From NCBI GenBank assembly GCA_964016885.1, contig OZ024743.1, forward strand, positions 20,770,001-20,834,000: a stretch of DNA of 64,000 bases, read 5' to 3'. The DNA comes from Eledone cirrhosa (taxonomy: Eukaryota). Position numbers and translations under genes: made by a program. A model generated the notes under the pieces. The model did not search any database. It saw only the letters and a list, made by a program, of their open reading frames with translations, and was not told the DNA's origin. Shown one piece after another: positions 1 through 12,829 of this stretch (the stretch's first letter is position 1; every line of letters begins with the position of its first letter).

Positions 1-598
1 ATCCCGAATGCATTGTGGAACCAATCAGCTGTAACAAGACATGTATGACAGGTAGTGTTTAAAGTGCTGTAACAGCCCAAACCTTTAGCCTGGAAAAAAA
101 GATTTGGCATGTTAACTTATGATCATATCAAGGATGTATTAGAGCGACAGTTACATATATCATTTATAAGTGCCTGAAAAGAAAAAAGTCTCAAAACATC
201 TTGAGTGTACTTCAGGTTTGCAGAGTAAGGGAAGATTTCAACAAGATTTCTTGTTATAAATAGGATCTCACTTCAATTCCATAAAACAATCTATATGTAG
301 AGTGTGCAGAGGTTTATACATCTGTCTAAAAGTTACAAAATTTGTCTTGGATCTGTGTCCCCTTTCTCAATGAATTTTCTCCAAATTTTGCACAGAAATC
401 CAACTATATAACAAAATAATCCTTGCTAAAAATATGTAGGTCCTATGTGACTCTCAGAGTAAAATGAAAGATTCAAGAAAGGAGACTGAAAGTTGTACAG
501 GTGCAGGAGAAAAAAGAAAGGCAGACTGTTGAATAGGAGTGTTCTAAAATATGATATTGTATATCAAACTGTGATTTACATCTTACTTAATTCTCTCT

Positions 599-665
599 TT
601 AACTCTTTAGCATTTAAACTGGCCATATCTGACCAGAATTCTCTCACCTCTTTCTGTTCAAACCA
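599..665 (+). mobile_element. Left-end fragment of TTAA-flanked (piggyBac-like) MITE
   Basis: TTAACTCTTTAGCATTTAAACTGGCC...CTCTCACCTCTTTCTGTT matches the left end of the element at 17451-17800. Confidence 0.5.
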
Positions 666-1402
666 TCTTTTGAGCAATCTACTTTCAGACCATGATAACC
701 CATCCAAACCATGTCAGCATGGCAAGTGATAGTAAGGTTGTGATGATGATGAAATTGCAAACTTGTGTATATGTGTGTCACTGGTAGTAAAAGTATATGC
801 TTGTTAATCAGTAAGTTAAAAAAAAAAAATCTAAATTTAACAAAAATAAAAGGGAAAAAATGTTCTCTACATATTCAGCATCTTGGCAATGCCAGATAAT
901 ACTACTAGTCTTTTATATTTGATGCATAATTTGAATATCATTCATGTCAATAGACTTCATCTTACCATTCCTCTTTATTGGATTTCCTCTTAGTTTTTGC
1001 TTTTCAATTTAGTTACGTCATGCTTATCACTTAACTTAAAACCAACAAATGTAGAAATATTGTTCCTGCATTTTTATCTTTGGGTTTTCGGCTCCATACC
1101 TATCATGTGACTGCATTTTTGAAGCAAGGGAATTCAGGATAAATGCAATTGAAGTAAAATAAAAAACTAAAAAAAAACTTCAATGAGGAATACTTTAAAA
1201 AGGGAATGCATAATAACTGAAAGAAGAGACATAATGGCAGAACATTTTATTACAAGAGACATTAGATTTATTTTCAGAAGAAGAAAGGATTTATTCTTGG
1301 AAGGAGAAAACCAAAGATTAAAGCTTGGGAAAAAAGCAAAAATTACAATATTTTACAATAATCTATTGAATAGAAGAGAAATTATCAAGTGAATAGGGTA
1401 TA

Positions 1403-1590
1403 GGGCAGTGAATTGGCAGTATCGGTAGAGGGTCGGACACCAACCATAGAGTTATGGCCCTTGCCATTCTGAGTTCAAATCCCACCGAGGTTAACTTTGC
1501 CTTTCATCCTTACGGGGTCGATAAAATAAGGTACCAGTAATACACTGGGATAATTGCTGGCCTTGTGCCAAAAGTAGAAACAATTATTAT
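1403..1590 (+). mobile_element. tRNA-derived SINE family 1 (Meta-domain-like, (ATT)n tail)
   Basis: A-box-like TGGCAGTATCGG, B box GAGTTCAAATCCC, central GCCTTTCATCCTTACGGGGTCGATAAAATA, ends AGAAACAATTATTAT; many copies in window. Confidence 0.85.
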
Positions 1591-3857
1591 AATACAAACT
1601 CAAAGATGTTGAGTTCAAATTTGCTTCAGGCATTTTAGCATATATTTAAATTTTTGTATGCCTCAGACCACCCAGCTGTTTGATATAAGTACCAGTAGAT
1701 TCTTGTTGCCTATGAACAACTGCCTGCATCAGTTGTTAGCTGCCGAGACACTGCATCCTTTAAAACCCTCATGCTTCCCGAAATTCGCCAAAACTACACC
1801 TGATGTTCCCCTTCCATACACATGCACACATGTGTATATCATGACTCAAGCACTGTTCATTTTCCTGACATTTGTACATTACCCTATGTACTATACATAC
1901 ACTTTATATTTTCATTATTATTATCATTATCATTATATACCAATCATATCAAAAGGAAGATTTATTTCTTACCTGTTTCATGCTATAATACTTTCTGTTT
2001 AAAAAAATGAAGTGGGCTTATCATTTTTTCATTAATAATGCGAGATATGGTATATTTGATAATACAAAATTTCGAGATGATGTACCTATTCACCATGACA
2101 TGATCATTACCAAGTTTATCTTCCTTCTGTTTACTAACTCAGATATCAGCTTCATGCATTTAATTCGTCCATCATCTCAACTGTCAAACTCAACTCTCCA
2201 AGATCTAAGCTAACATTTTACTTGGTTTTCTTTCATCACTGGTATGCTGCTGTCTCCTTATGATATATTTTCTCCCAGCATGTTCCATCCATTTACATTA
2301 CATGCCAAAAATAGGAGAGTTGTCTTCGCAGCAGACAATGCTTCTGATGCCTATTTGCATTCTCAGTTCTGCAATCTTATAGATTACTGCTACATATTCA
2401 ATAAGGTATACTCAATACATCCCTCTACAGTAATTGAAGATCTTCCACATTCACTGCCTACACTTAATTGCCATGTAGCCTCACTTACATGAACTTCATT
2501 AATTTCTTGTTTCTAACGGAGATTACGCTCTAAATGTTTTCCATGCTATTTGATCCAATTCAATATAATCTTACTAGAATTAATTTGAACATTAATTATA
2601 TTACTAAAAGGTCTATTTTGCCTTTCACTCTTCCTGGATTGCTGAATTAACTAGTCAAGTGTATGGATTGATTAAATCAATTATATTACCTAAACAACAA
2701 AACTGTATTCTACTGCTATGTGATACAAACTCCTAATCAAGGCTTTTTCTTCTAATAACTGTGTAACCAAATGGGTCCCTATTTATAATACCTTCCTGGA
2801 ATCTTATTTCATTATTGTGTACCTGTTATTTTCTTTCTATATGGAGTTCTTACTTACTCCTTTCCAAAGTACTGAACAAAGCCACTATCTGCTATCTTCT
2901 TGGCTACTTAGCAGTAACGTAATCTACATTGTAAGCTCTAAGTGTTTTACTCTTGTCTACTCAACTGAAAACTAAAGCAAACAACCATAGCAAGAAATCC
3001 TAAATGATTGCTTGACCCAATGGAAGTAACATCCACATAACTTAATTCACATTCTGTCATCTTAGAAAAGGGAAGACACATTGAATAATGTAATCTTAGA
3101 TATACACTGTCTGAATAAAAGGTAGGGTGATCATAGTGTCAATGTCATTGATCATAGGTCATCTGCCTGATAATAGCTGATTTGGTGCTGAACAACAGTA
3201 ACTTTAGTCTCCTCCTCATTAGTTTTAACATTTATTTAATGATCTGTCGTACATACACTATTTCTGGAGCAAGAAAAGGTGGCTGCTCATGATTAAAATT
3301 CTTTTGACGATTGGATTTCTTAATCAGAGCTGACGACCTGCTAAACACCAAAAAATAAACAATGTTTTGTCAAAATAGTAATTTAACCACTTGATAAATT
3401 GTATATCAGAATGAAATAAGTAGTGGGTTTGATAAAACTTTTAGTGTTTCTATCCTTATAGCTGCAGTGCAATGACTGAAAATAGTAAAAGGAATGCTCA
3501 CCTCTTTGAACCCTAGCCTTCTACTATGTGTGCATCTCTGAATAAATAGGATATTTGACAATTAATCAAGAAAAATATATAGGAAGCTTGACAGAATTCA
3601 CAGGAATTCCTTCCTAAAGAAAAGCTAAAGCAACAATGTAAAACAGTTGCTGGAATGTATAGAAATTTGTTTAAATAACAGTACTAACCAGAATACTAGA
3701 CTGGCACGATATGGTCAGACATTATCAGTACCAGAATATTGGGCTGCTGAGTTCAAAATATTAAGCCCACATCTACTGTTCAGAGTAATGACCTTACTTT
3801 GTTTGCTATATTAACAGTCCGGAGTACTTTGGATTTCACAGTACACACACATATATA

Positions 3858-4244
3858 TCATCATCATCATCATCATCCTCATTTTACTCCGCTTTTCCCT
3901 GCTTGCAAGGGTGGGACGGGAACTGATTCTGGCTTGATTTCTACAGCTGGATGCCCTTCCAAACACCAACCTCAGTGAGTGCTGGGTGCTTTTTTTCCGT
4001 GGTGCCTACATGTCCACTTTACAGTGAGTGCTGGGTGCTTTTTTGCCGTGGCACCTCCACGACCACTTTGCAGTGGAATGATAGGGACCCCAGTCCTATC
4101 ATCTCATTTCTATAGCTGAGTAAACTGGAGCATGTGAAATAAAGTGTCTTGCTCAAGGAAACAACACATCACCTGGTCTGAGAATTGAACTCAAAACCTT
4201 TCGATTGCAAGGCCAATGCTCTAACCACTAAGCCATGTGCCTCC
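3858..4244 (-). mobile_element. tRNA-derived SINE family 2, full length (tRNA head + CORE-like + RTE-derived body and tail)
   Basis: Minus strand: A box TGGCTTAGTGG, B box GAGTTCAATTC, CCTTGAGCAAGACAC motif, GGAAGGGCATCCAGCTGTAGAAA module, (ATG)n tail; near-identical copy at 21238-21574. Confidence 0.85.
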
Positions 4245-4254
4245 ATTCATATAT

Positions 4255-6060
4255 ATCATCATCATCATCATTTTACGTCCGTTCTTCCATGATAGCATGG
4301 GTTAGACAGGTTGTCCTGTTGTGGGCAGTGTTTGGTTGGCTGACCATGCCTTGCTCATACAGGAACTGATTTTGGCTTTATTTCTAGAGCTGAATGCCCT
4401 TACTAACACCAACCTCATTTACAGTGAGTGCTGGGTGCTTTTTTTCCGTGGTGCCTACACGTCCACTTTACAGTGTGGGCTGGGTGCTTTTTTGCTGTGG
4501 CACCTCCACGACCACCTTGCAGTGGGGGGTGTGGCGGCATATTGTCTATATGCTTCAGCTTGTACCCATGGGAGGTCGGGTACTCTCTATTACTGCATGA
4601 TGCCAGAGGTCACAGTCATGTGTCATCGCCTTTGAGAGGTGTAATTGGGTAAGGTCGGCTTTTATCACCTCATCCCAGGTCTTCTTGAGTTTCCCCACTC
4701 CGCGGTTTCCATTGACTTCTAGTGCTCTGCACCTTTTTATGCAGCTGTCATCCTTCATACGCATCCCATGTCCATACCAACGCAACCACCTCTCCTGCAC
4801 ACAGCATATGATTCCTCTTAGGCTCAGTCTCTCTCTCAATTCGTTTATGCTTTACACATCCATTGGAGCATGCAGGATTCGTTTCTTTCTAATCTACGTA
4901 AGTCTTCCACCTTCAGCGCTCAGGTCTCACTACCATGTAACATTGCTGTTCGTATACACGCATCATACAGTCTGCCTTTCATTCTGAGGGAGAAGTCTTT
5001 TGCAGCTAGCAGTGGCAGTAGTTCCCTGAACTTTTTCCATCCCGTTCTTACCCTAGTTATTGTACTTTCTGAACACCCACCTCCGCTGCTAATTCGGTCA
5101 CCTAGGTAGCAGAAGCTGTCTACTGTTTCTACAGAGCCCTCCCAGAGATTGGTGGTACTTGTTTCCTGTGGCTGTGTGCTGTCCCAGCACAGCTGCTACA
5201 TGTGAAGCCTACATTCTTAATTAAGCTTCCTGAGATCCCGCGACATCGCTTGTGTACCCATTGTTTGCATTTGGGGCAGAGAATGGAGTTCCTACCTACC
5301 CCTTTCCTACATACTGAGCAAGGTCATTTCGCTGAGGGGATCTGGGTTCTGTTTTCTAGTCTACTTACAAGGACCTTAGTCTTTGTCAGGTTGACTTTGA
5401 GACCCTTTCTTTCTAGTCCCTGATTCCAAGTTTGGAATTTCTTCTCTGGTTCTACCATAGATTCAGCTATAAGTGCGAGGTCATCTGCACACAGGAGTTC
5501 CCATGGCATCCGGTCTTAGACACCTCCGTTATTGCCTGCAGGACTATGATGAACAGGAGGGGGCTAAGAACAGAGCCCTGGTGGACACCAACCTGTACGC
5601 TGAATTCCTCACTATACTCATTGCTAATCCTAACTTTGCTGACTGCTCCCCTATACATGGCTTGTACAGCTTTCACAAGCCATTCATCTACCCCTAGTTT
5701 TCTAAGAGCCCACCAGATTATAGCACGTGGAACTCTGTCAAAGGCTTTCTCCAGATCGATGAATGCCAGGTAGAGTGGCTTACTTTTAGCTAGGTACTTT
5801 TCCTGTAACTGCCTCACAAGGAAGAGGGCATCAGTGGTGCCTCTTCATGGTACAAACCCAAATTGCATCTCATCTAGTTTCACCCGGTCCCTAATCAACT
5901 GTGCTATAACTCTTTCTGTTACTTTCATGACCTGGTCCATCAGCTTTATACCTCTATAGTTTCCTCTATCTAGTGCATCACCTTTACATTTGTAGCAGTT
6001 GACAATGATCCTACTGCACCAATCTTTTGGTATGACCCCTTCTAGTATTACCTGGTTATA
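4255..6060 (-). mobile_element. RTE-clade LINE family A, 5'-truncated and frameshifted (RT domain to 3' tail)
   Basis: ORF fragments with NYRGIKL, QFGFVP, FIDLEKAFDRVP, GVHQGSVLSPLLF, LLCADDL, LRWYGH; 3' UTR and (ATG)n tail. Confidence 0.95.
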
Positions 6061-6063
6061 TAG

Positions 6064-6114
6064 GAAAATAGAAATAGAAGCTCTCACATGGTGAGAGCTT
6101 CTATTTCTGTTTTC
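6064..6114. repeat. 24-bp-arm inverted repeat (hairpin, 3-nt loop)
   Basis: GAAAATAGAAATAGAAGCTCTCAC-ATG-GTGAGAGCTTCTATTTCTGTTTTC, one mismatch. Confidence 0.9.
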
Positions 6115-6327
6115 AAACTCGCTCGCTGTTTCAAAAACAATCTTACTTATATATGTATATATATATAAGGGTTCCTGATGATTTCTCCCGAATGAAAAAG
6201 TTCTAGTCCTGTGTAGAAGCCTTCCTATATTATATATTTATACTCTGCTTTGTATTTAGTACCCTACTTACTGTGGTTACCCCCGATTGAACCCAGGATA
6301 AACTTATGTGTATATATATATATATAT

Positions 6328-6698
6328 AATTGAAAAAGTGAAGAATAACATGGTCAACAGTACAAAAAAGGGTTTTATTTACAGTCTGATAATTGTTTCA
6401 CTGATTAAGTTGTCTAAAAATTGCTGAACACTTGAAGCAGTGCCAGTGTTCAGCAATTTTTAGACAACTTAATCAGACTGTAAATAAAACCTTTTTTTGT
6501 ACTGTTGACCATGTTATTCTTCACTTTTTCAATTTTATTACCCCAAGATAAACTTACATAATGATACAAGTGAAATCATAAACTCACCATCTACGTAAAC
6601 CTCTTGTTGAGTCAAACAACGCCATACGCTAAAACCATAATACAAATTATTCATAACCTCTAACTGGATAACCTATAACGATATTTTGTTATCCCTTA
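6328..6698 (+). mobile_element. (TA)n-flanked non-coding element with inverted 5' part (Penelope/retrozyme-like); same family as 14790-15165
   Basis: 6328-6534 is a long hairpin; 6446-6698 aligns with 14887-15158; hammerhead 3' half GAAACAATTATCAGACTG on minus strand at 6382-6399. Confidence 0.7.
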
Positions 6699-6710
6699 TA
6701 TATATATATA

Positions 6711-8410
6711 GTAGACCCTATAGAGGGGCCAGCAGTACAAGTCAGCAGCAGTGTAGTAAGTAAGGCAATCAAAAATATGAAGACGAGGAAGGCAACTGGT
6801 CCATCGGGTATAGCTGGTGAGATGCTGAAGGCATCTGGGTCAGTAGGTCACACCATAACCACACGAATTGTTAACCAGAGAGTATCATACCAAAGGATTG
6901 GTGCAGCAGCATCAATGGCAACTGCAACAAAGGTAAAGGTGATGCACTAGATAGAGGTATAAAGCTGATGGACCAGGTCATGAAAGTAACAGAAAGATTT
7001 ATAGCACAGTTAATTAGGGACCGGGTGAAACTAGATGAGATGCAATTTGGGTTTGTTCCAGGAAAAGGCACCACTAAGGCCTTCTCCTGTTCATCATAGT
7101 TTTGCAGGCAATAACGGAGGAGTTTAAGACCGGATGCCCATGGGAACTCCTGTATGCAGATGACCTCACACATATAGCTGAATTTATGGTAGAACTAGAG
7201 AAGAAATTCCAAACATGGAAGCAGGGACTAGAAAGAAAGGGTCTCAAAGTCAACCTGACAAAGACTAAGGTCCTTGTAAGTAGACAAGAAAAAAGAACCC
7301 AGATCCCCTCAGGAAAATGGCCTTGCTCAGTATGTAGGAAAGGTGTAGGTAGGAACTCCATCCTCTTCCCCAAATGCAAACAATGGGTACACGAGATGTA
7401 GTGGGATCTCAGGAAGCTTAACTAAGAATGTAGGCTCCACATGTAGCAGCTGCACTAGGACAGGAAGCAGCAAACAGCCACAGGAAACAAGCACCACCAA
7501 ACTCTGGGAGGGCTCTGTAGAAACAGTAGACAGCTTTTGCTACCTAGGTGACCAAATTAGCAGCAGAGGTGGGTGTTCGGAAAGTACAATAATTAGAGTA
7601 AGAACGGGATGGAAGATGTTTAGGGAGCTACTGCCACTGCTAGCTGTGAAAGGCTTTTCCCTCAAAATGAAAGGCAAACTGTATGATGCGTGTATCCGAA
7701 CAGCTATGTTGCATGGTAGTGAGACTTGGTCACTGTCTGTAGAAGACCTGCGTAGATTAGAAAGAAACAAAGCCTGCATAAATGTGTAATAGTAATATAC
7801 GTGAACGGCAAAGCATAAACGAATTGAGAGAGAGACTGAGCCTAAGAGGAATCATATGCTGTGTGCAGGAGAGGTGGTTGCGTTGGTATGGACATGTGAT
7901 GCTTATGAAGGATGACAGCTGCATAAAAAGGTGCAGAGCACTAGAAGTCGATGGAAACCGCGGAGTGGGGAGACCCAAGAAGACCTGGGATGAGGTGATA
8001 AAAGCCGACCTTACCCTATTACACCTCTCAAGCCGATGACACACGACCATGACCTCTGGCATCACGCAGTAATACAGAAGACCCGACCCCCCATGGGTAC
8101 AAGCCGAAGCTGAAGCATATAGACAATATGCCCCACACCCTCCCACTGCAAAGTGGCCGTGGAGGTGCCACGGCAAATAAGCACCCAGCCCACACTGTAA
8201 AGTGGACGTGTAGGTGCCACGGAAAAAAAGCACCCAACACTCACTGTAAATGAGGTTGGTGTTAGGAAGGGCATCAAGCCTTAGAAATCAAGCCAGAATC
8301 AGTTCCTGTATGAGCAAGACATGGTCAGCCGACTGGCTACTGCCCACAACAGGACAACCCGTCTAACCCATGGTGGAAGAATGGACGTAAACCGGTGATG
8401 ATGATGATGA
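6711..8410 (+). mobile_element. RTE-clade LINE family A, 5'-truncated, internal deletion near 7080
   Basis: KATGPSG, MQFGFVPG, ELLYADDL, WPCSVCRKGVG, LRWYGHVM; 3' UTR and (ATG)n tail; the FIDLEKAFD-GVHQG segment is missing. Confidence 0.95.
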
Positions 8411-8445
8411 TATATATGTGTGTGTGTGTGTGTGTGAAAATGTAT

Positions 8446-9236
8446 ATCATCATCATCATCATCATCATTTTACGTCCGCTTTTCCCTGCTTGCAAGTGTG
8501 GGACGGGTCTTATTCAGCACAGCATCTCTCCACTCGTCACGGTCCTTCGTCATCTCCACCGTGAGCTTCAATGATCTGAGGTCTGTTCTCACCACCTCCG
8601 CCCATGTTTTTCGTGGTCTACCTCTACCATGTCTTCCTTCAACTGGCATTTCCTGGCACTTCTTCACCCATCGGTCATCCTCCATGCGCATCACATGTCC
8701 ATACCACCTCAGTCTCCTCTCCCGTACACTACATTCTATCCCTCTCAGACACAGTTTCTCTCTCAACACATTTATGCTGGGTCGTTCACGCACATTTACA
8801 CTGCACATGCAACGGAGCAAGCTTGCTTCATTTCTCTCCAGCCGTCGCATATCCTCTGCAGCTGCTGCCCATGTCTCACTACCATGCAGCATCGCGCTCC
8901 TCACACAGGCATCATACAACCGGCCTTTCGTACGCAGGGAGAAACCCTTCTTCGTCAACAGAGGAAGCAGCTCCCTAAACTTCTTCCAACCCGTCCTTAT
9001 TCTAGATACTATGGCCTCGGAACACCCTCCTGCCATGCTAATCTGATCTCCTAGGTACCGGAAGCTATCCGCCACTTCTATAGCGCCCTCCTGCATTTGA
9101 AAAATGTGTCTATCAATGCGACTTCTACTGTCTAATTTCCCTGTACATCTACTGCATACATATTTCTCCCTACCTGTTAGTTTGCCTGCTATCCCGCTAC
9201 ATCTCTTGTGTACCCAGGATCTGCATTGTGTGCATT
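8446..9236 (-). mobile_element. RTE-clade LINE family B, 3' fragment with open 208-aa frame
   Basis: ORF 8470-9096: FRYLGD, MLHGSETW, RLRWYGHVMRM, GRGRPRKTW; stop codon directly before (ATG)n tail. Confidence 0.95.
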
Positions 9237-9861
9237 TATATATATATATATATATATATTCTCACTCTCTTTCCTTTACTGGAAGAAATCAGCTATCTTT
9301 AAAACTCAAGAGGGATGGGCTTCACCAAGAGGCAAGCTCTATTTTTCTGCCACAAGGTCTAACTATGCCATTATCGTGCCCCTACACTTCCATTAGGTGC
9401 TACAGATCCATTCATACATATATATTTTGTGACTGGCACCATTCCTAAAAAATCGATTTACCAGATTAAGAAACCTATTCCACCTTCTAATATGATTTCA
9501 AATTGTCTGCTCTTTTGAAATAAGCAGCTATAACTAGCCAAACTGGAATCAGAAAATTGTTCTTAATCCTATTTTGATTATATTTGGGACAGTCCATTTT
9601 TCAAGATAGATTATCTTTGTGATGACATTAACAACTTCTCTCTCTTATTACCTCTTAACACCCTACAATGATTTAGTAGACAATATCTAATAACAGATTT
9701 ATTAATTCAAATGCCTATAGTATCTTTACAACTGGACAGATTGCCTGTGAAAATTTGCAGTAAATTAAATAGACTTTAATTTATAATTTGATGCAATCAT
9801 ATTGCTGTCTTGCTAAAGTGATTTTATGTGGTATAGGACTTAAATAGTTAAGTAGTAGTAG

Positions 9862-10140
9862 TCTTCCTCCTTCTTTGCTCACTTATTCATAAGAGGGTCA
9901 TGGAGGCAGAGTCCTCAAACACTCCTTTCAGCTGGTCCTGTCAGAAGCAACCAACTCCAACTTATCTGGCTGGATCCCCCATGCGAGTCCAGTGAAGCTC
10001 ATGGATGTTATCCAACCATCTTGCTCAGGGCCTACGCCCCCACTCCACCTGGGGTTTCCTGCTGTTTGGTTTTGCCTATAAAATCTGTCCAGCGATTCTA
10101 ACCATATGCCCATAGTATTGAAGCTGTGATCTCTCAATTC
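9862..10140 (-). mobile_element. Degenerate RTE-like LINE 3' end (older family)
   Basis: Similar to 43945-44190 and 50720-50930; remnants of LQYYGH and LELVASDR. Confidence 0.6.
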
Positions 10141-11424
10141 AGAGAGTGCTAGTTAATTGTATTAAACTGTGACAAAATTAACATATCTTTGAATGACTTA
10201 TCGTACAAGATTGAACTTTATAGCATCATACAAGATGGCTTCTCAGGATAAAAATAAGCTTTATTTTAAGAAAAGTCATATTATGTCATGAATAAAAAGC
10301 ATGGATTATAGCTTGTGTTAAAGATGAAAATATAAAAGTATTTGAAGACGTCGTGTAATTTCAAATATAAATTGTCATTATCATCCATCATCATCCCATC
10401 AACCTCCCATCGCTAACAACAATGGAGCTAAAGGTGAGTGAGACACTGCTCTCTGGAACAGTTACAAACTATGCTGTGTAGAAATGCCTCAACAGGTTAA
10501 GATCTGGTGTTGGTCATGCAAAAGCCAATCTGGCAAAATGGGGATATTGAAAGGGTTGTGTGTGACTATCGCATCAAACCACAGACTACACAGTACCTCC
10601 TGATATGCCCCCTGCTGTAACACCCCTGCACAGCATTGGACTTGGTTTAGGACAGCAAGGTGTTTAGCTGTGGCAGAATCACATCTAGCCAAGCTTTGTA
10701 GCCGACACTCTTGTGGACACGAGAAGATCATCATCATCACACTTTTATGCCAGTTTTTCCAAATTGTCATGAGTTGGACAAGACCTTTTTCTATGGCTGG
10801 ATGCCCTGCCTCATTGCAATTGACTGTAGTAGTAAATGAAATAAAATCTTTCATTTGAAATATTCAAGTGGCTCTTTCATTATAGATTTATAGATTGTTA
10901 ACACCATTACAATTCATGTCATCAAATAAAGTTGACTAACGCCAACCTAATTGAATATCAAAAATGCTGAATAAGTAAATGGTGATATTAACAAATATGA
11001 TGATGTTGCAGAATGACAATGGATAAAACAGGATGTGGTTATATTAGAAAATATCTGAAGATAAAATTATACATTATACAACATTATAAACACCAACATT
11101 ATATTTTGATTTGGTCTAATTGATCAGGTGAAAGAACAATATTTTGCTGATAATATTTTAAAAGATTAAGCAATTAAGCAAAAATGTATACTTCAAAAGT
11201 ATAATGCAATAAGTCACATATGGTGGTTTTAAATAAAGAAACTTGTGCTTTTACATTTAATGAGGTATAAAAACTAAAATATTTTAATAAAGATTTTTTT
11301 ATTACATTTTGATATATTTGAATATCATGAAGAATATTAAAATATCTCTAACATATTTTTTAGTTCATAAGTATATATGTTTACATAGATATATTTTCTG
11401 TGTTCATGAACATAATGTAATAAT

Positions 11425-11569
11425 TGTTTCTACTTTTGGCACAAGGCCAGCAATTATCCTAGTGTATTACTGGTACTTTATTTTATCAACCCCGTAAGGA
11501 TGAAAGGCAAAGTTAACCTCGGCGGGATATGAACTCAGACCATAAAGGGCTGTAACTCTTTGCTGCAAA
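11425..11569 (-). mobile_element. SINE family 1, 5'-truncated, 17-bp TSD
   Basis: Family consensus match; GAACATAATGTAATAAT on both sides. Confidence 0.85.
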
Positions 11570-12359
11570 GAACATAATGTAATAATAAACAAACATTAAT
11601 AAACTGTCTTTTATTCTCTTAAAATTGCAACAATATTTTGCTATTTTGCCACAGTGATACATAGCCACTTACTTTATTCCTTGCTCTAGATTATTAAATA
11701 TATGATGTTATATATTCTATATATCATTCATTAGATTCTCAAATACTTTTTAATATTACTAAGCAGACATATTTTCTTTATGATTTCTGCCCTTCTTTTT
11801 TATTATTTTTTCTGCTGATATTACCATTTTCAACTGCTACTATAATGTTAGCAGCTTTTGATAGTTTTTCTATTCCTGTGACTATAAATACCATACTACA
11901 TTTATTTCTTTATGTATCCAATGGATGTACAGGCATGACTATTTTTTATACTTATTTCTACATTTGCAGTATTTACTACACAGTATTCATTTTCTCCTAT
12001 TACTTTAATACAAGTTGTTTTCAAAAACCTCTGGATACGATAATTCCCAATTGTCTAAAAAGACCATTTCCTTATTTATAAATGTAAGTGTTTTCGGTAT
12101 AAAAAAATAAAGACTTTTGACAGAAAGTTGACATATTGCATCTAGTTAATAAAAAAAATATAAATTTGGTTGTGTATCACAAAGAAAACCAAATGATATT
12201 CAACAACCACATAAAGAAGTTACATGGTTTTATGTCCTAGAATTAGGAACCAAATCTACCTAAAATCACACCAATAAACATGTAACTTCACACTCTCCTT
12301 CACACCAATAAACATGTAACTACCATCACTGTATATCTCTCATTAGTCGTTACCATTAG

Positions 12360-12572
12360 AGTGGGGGGATTAGCAGAATCATTATAGTCGGACAAAATGC
12401 TTTGTGACATTTTATATTCTGAGTTCATATTTCCCCAAAGTTAACTTTGCCTTCCATCGTTCTAAAGTCAGTAGAAAAAAACAAATACCAGTCAAGTACT
12501 GGGGTCAATATAATCAACTTTCCTTACCCATAAAGTTGCAGGCCTTGTGTTTAAATTAGAAATCGGTATTCT
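12360..12572 (+). mobile_element. SINE family 1, old diverged copy
   Basis: CTGAGTTCATAT, AACTTTGCCTTCCATC, GGCCTTGTGT motifs in the correct order. Confidence 0.65.
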
Positions 12573-12829
12573 ATTCCATTACTGTCTTTCTTCCTTTACT
12601 CAGTCATCTGCATCCTGTTCCTCATATCATACCTCTCTCTTCCTTCATTCATTCAGCCTAGCTTTTCTTCTGACATTGCTTTTTCTTCTATTCACATTCT
12701 TAGTCACATACCTTGAAACAACATAGAATAGTGAGCACTTGAAGTACACTGTCAAGTGGTTGGTAAAGGAATTGAGACAATATAGGGTTGAGAGTACCCT
12801 TTAGTCTTACTGAAAACATAACAGCCTCT

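Noticed and set aside
4170-4244. tRNA-like sequence with A/B boxes
   Set aside because: It is the head of a multi-copy SINE with no intact cloverleaf; the same applies to family 1 heads
8498-9054. Long plus-strand ORFs (and similar ones at 35316-36072 and 7757-8233)
   Set aside because: Antisense shadows of RTE ORF fragments
12268-12321. 21-bp direct repeat (similar short duplications at 50957-51018 and 59824-59871)
   Set aside because: Ordinary local slippage duplications with no further structure
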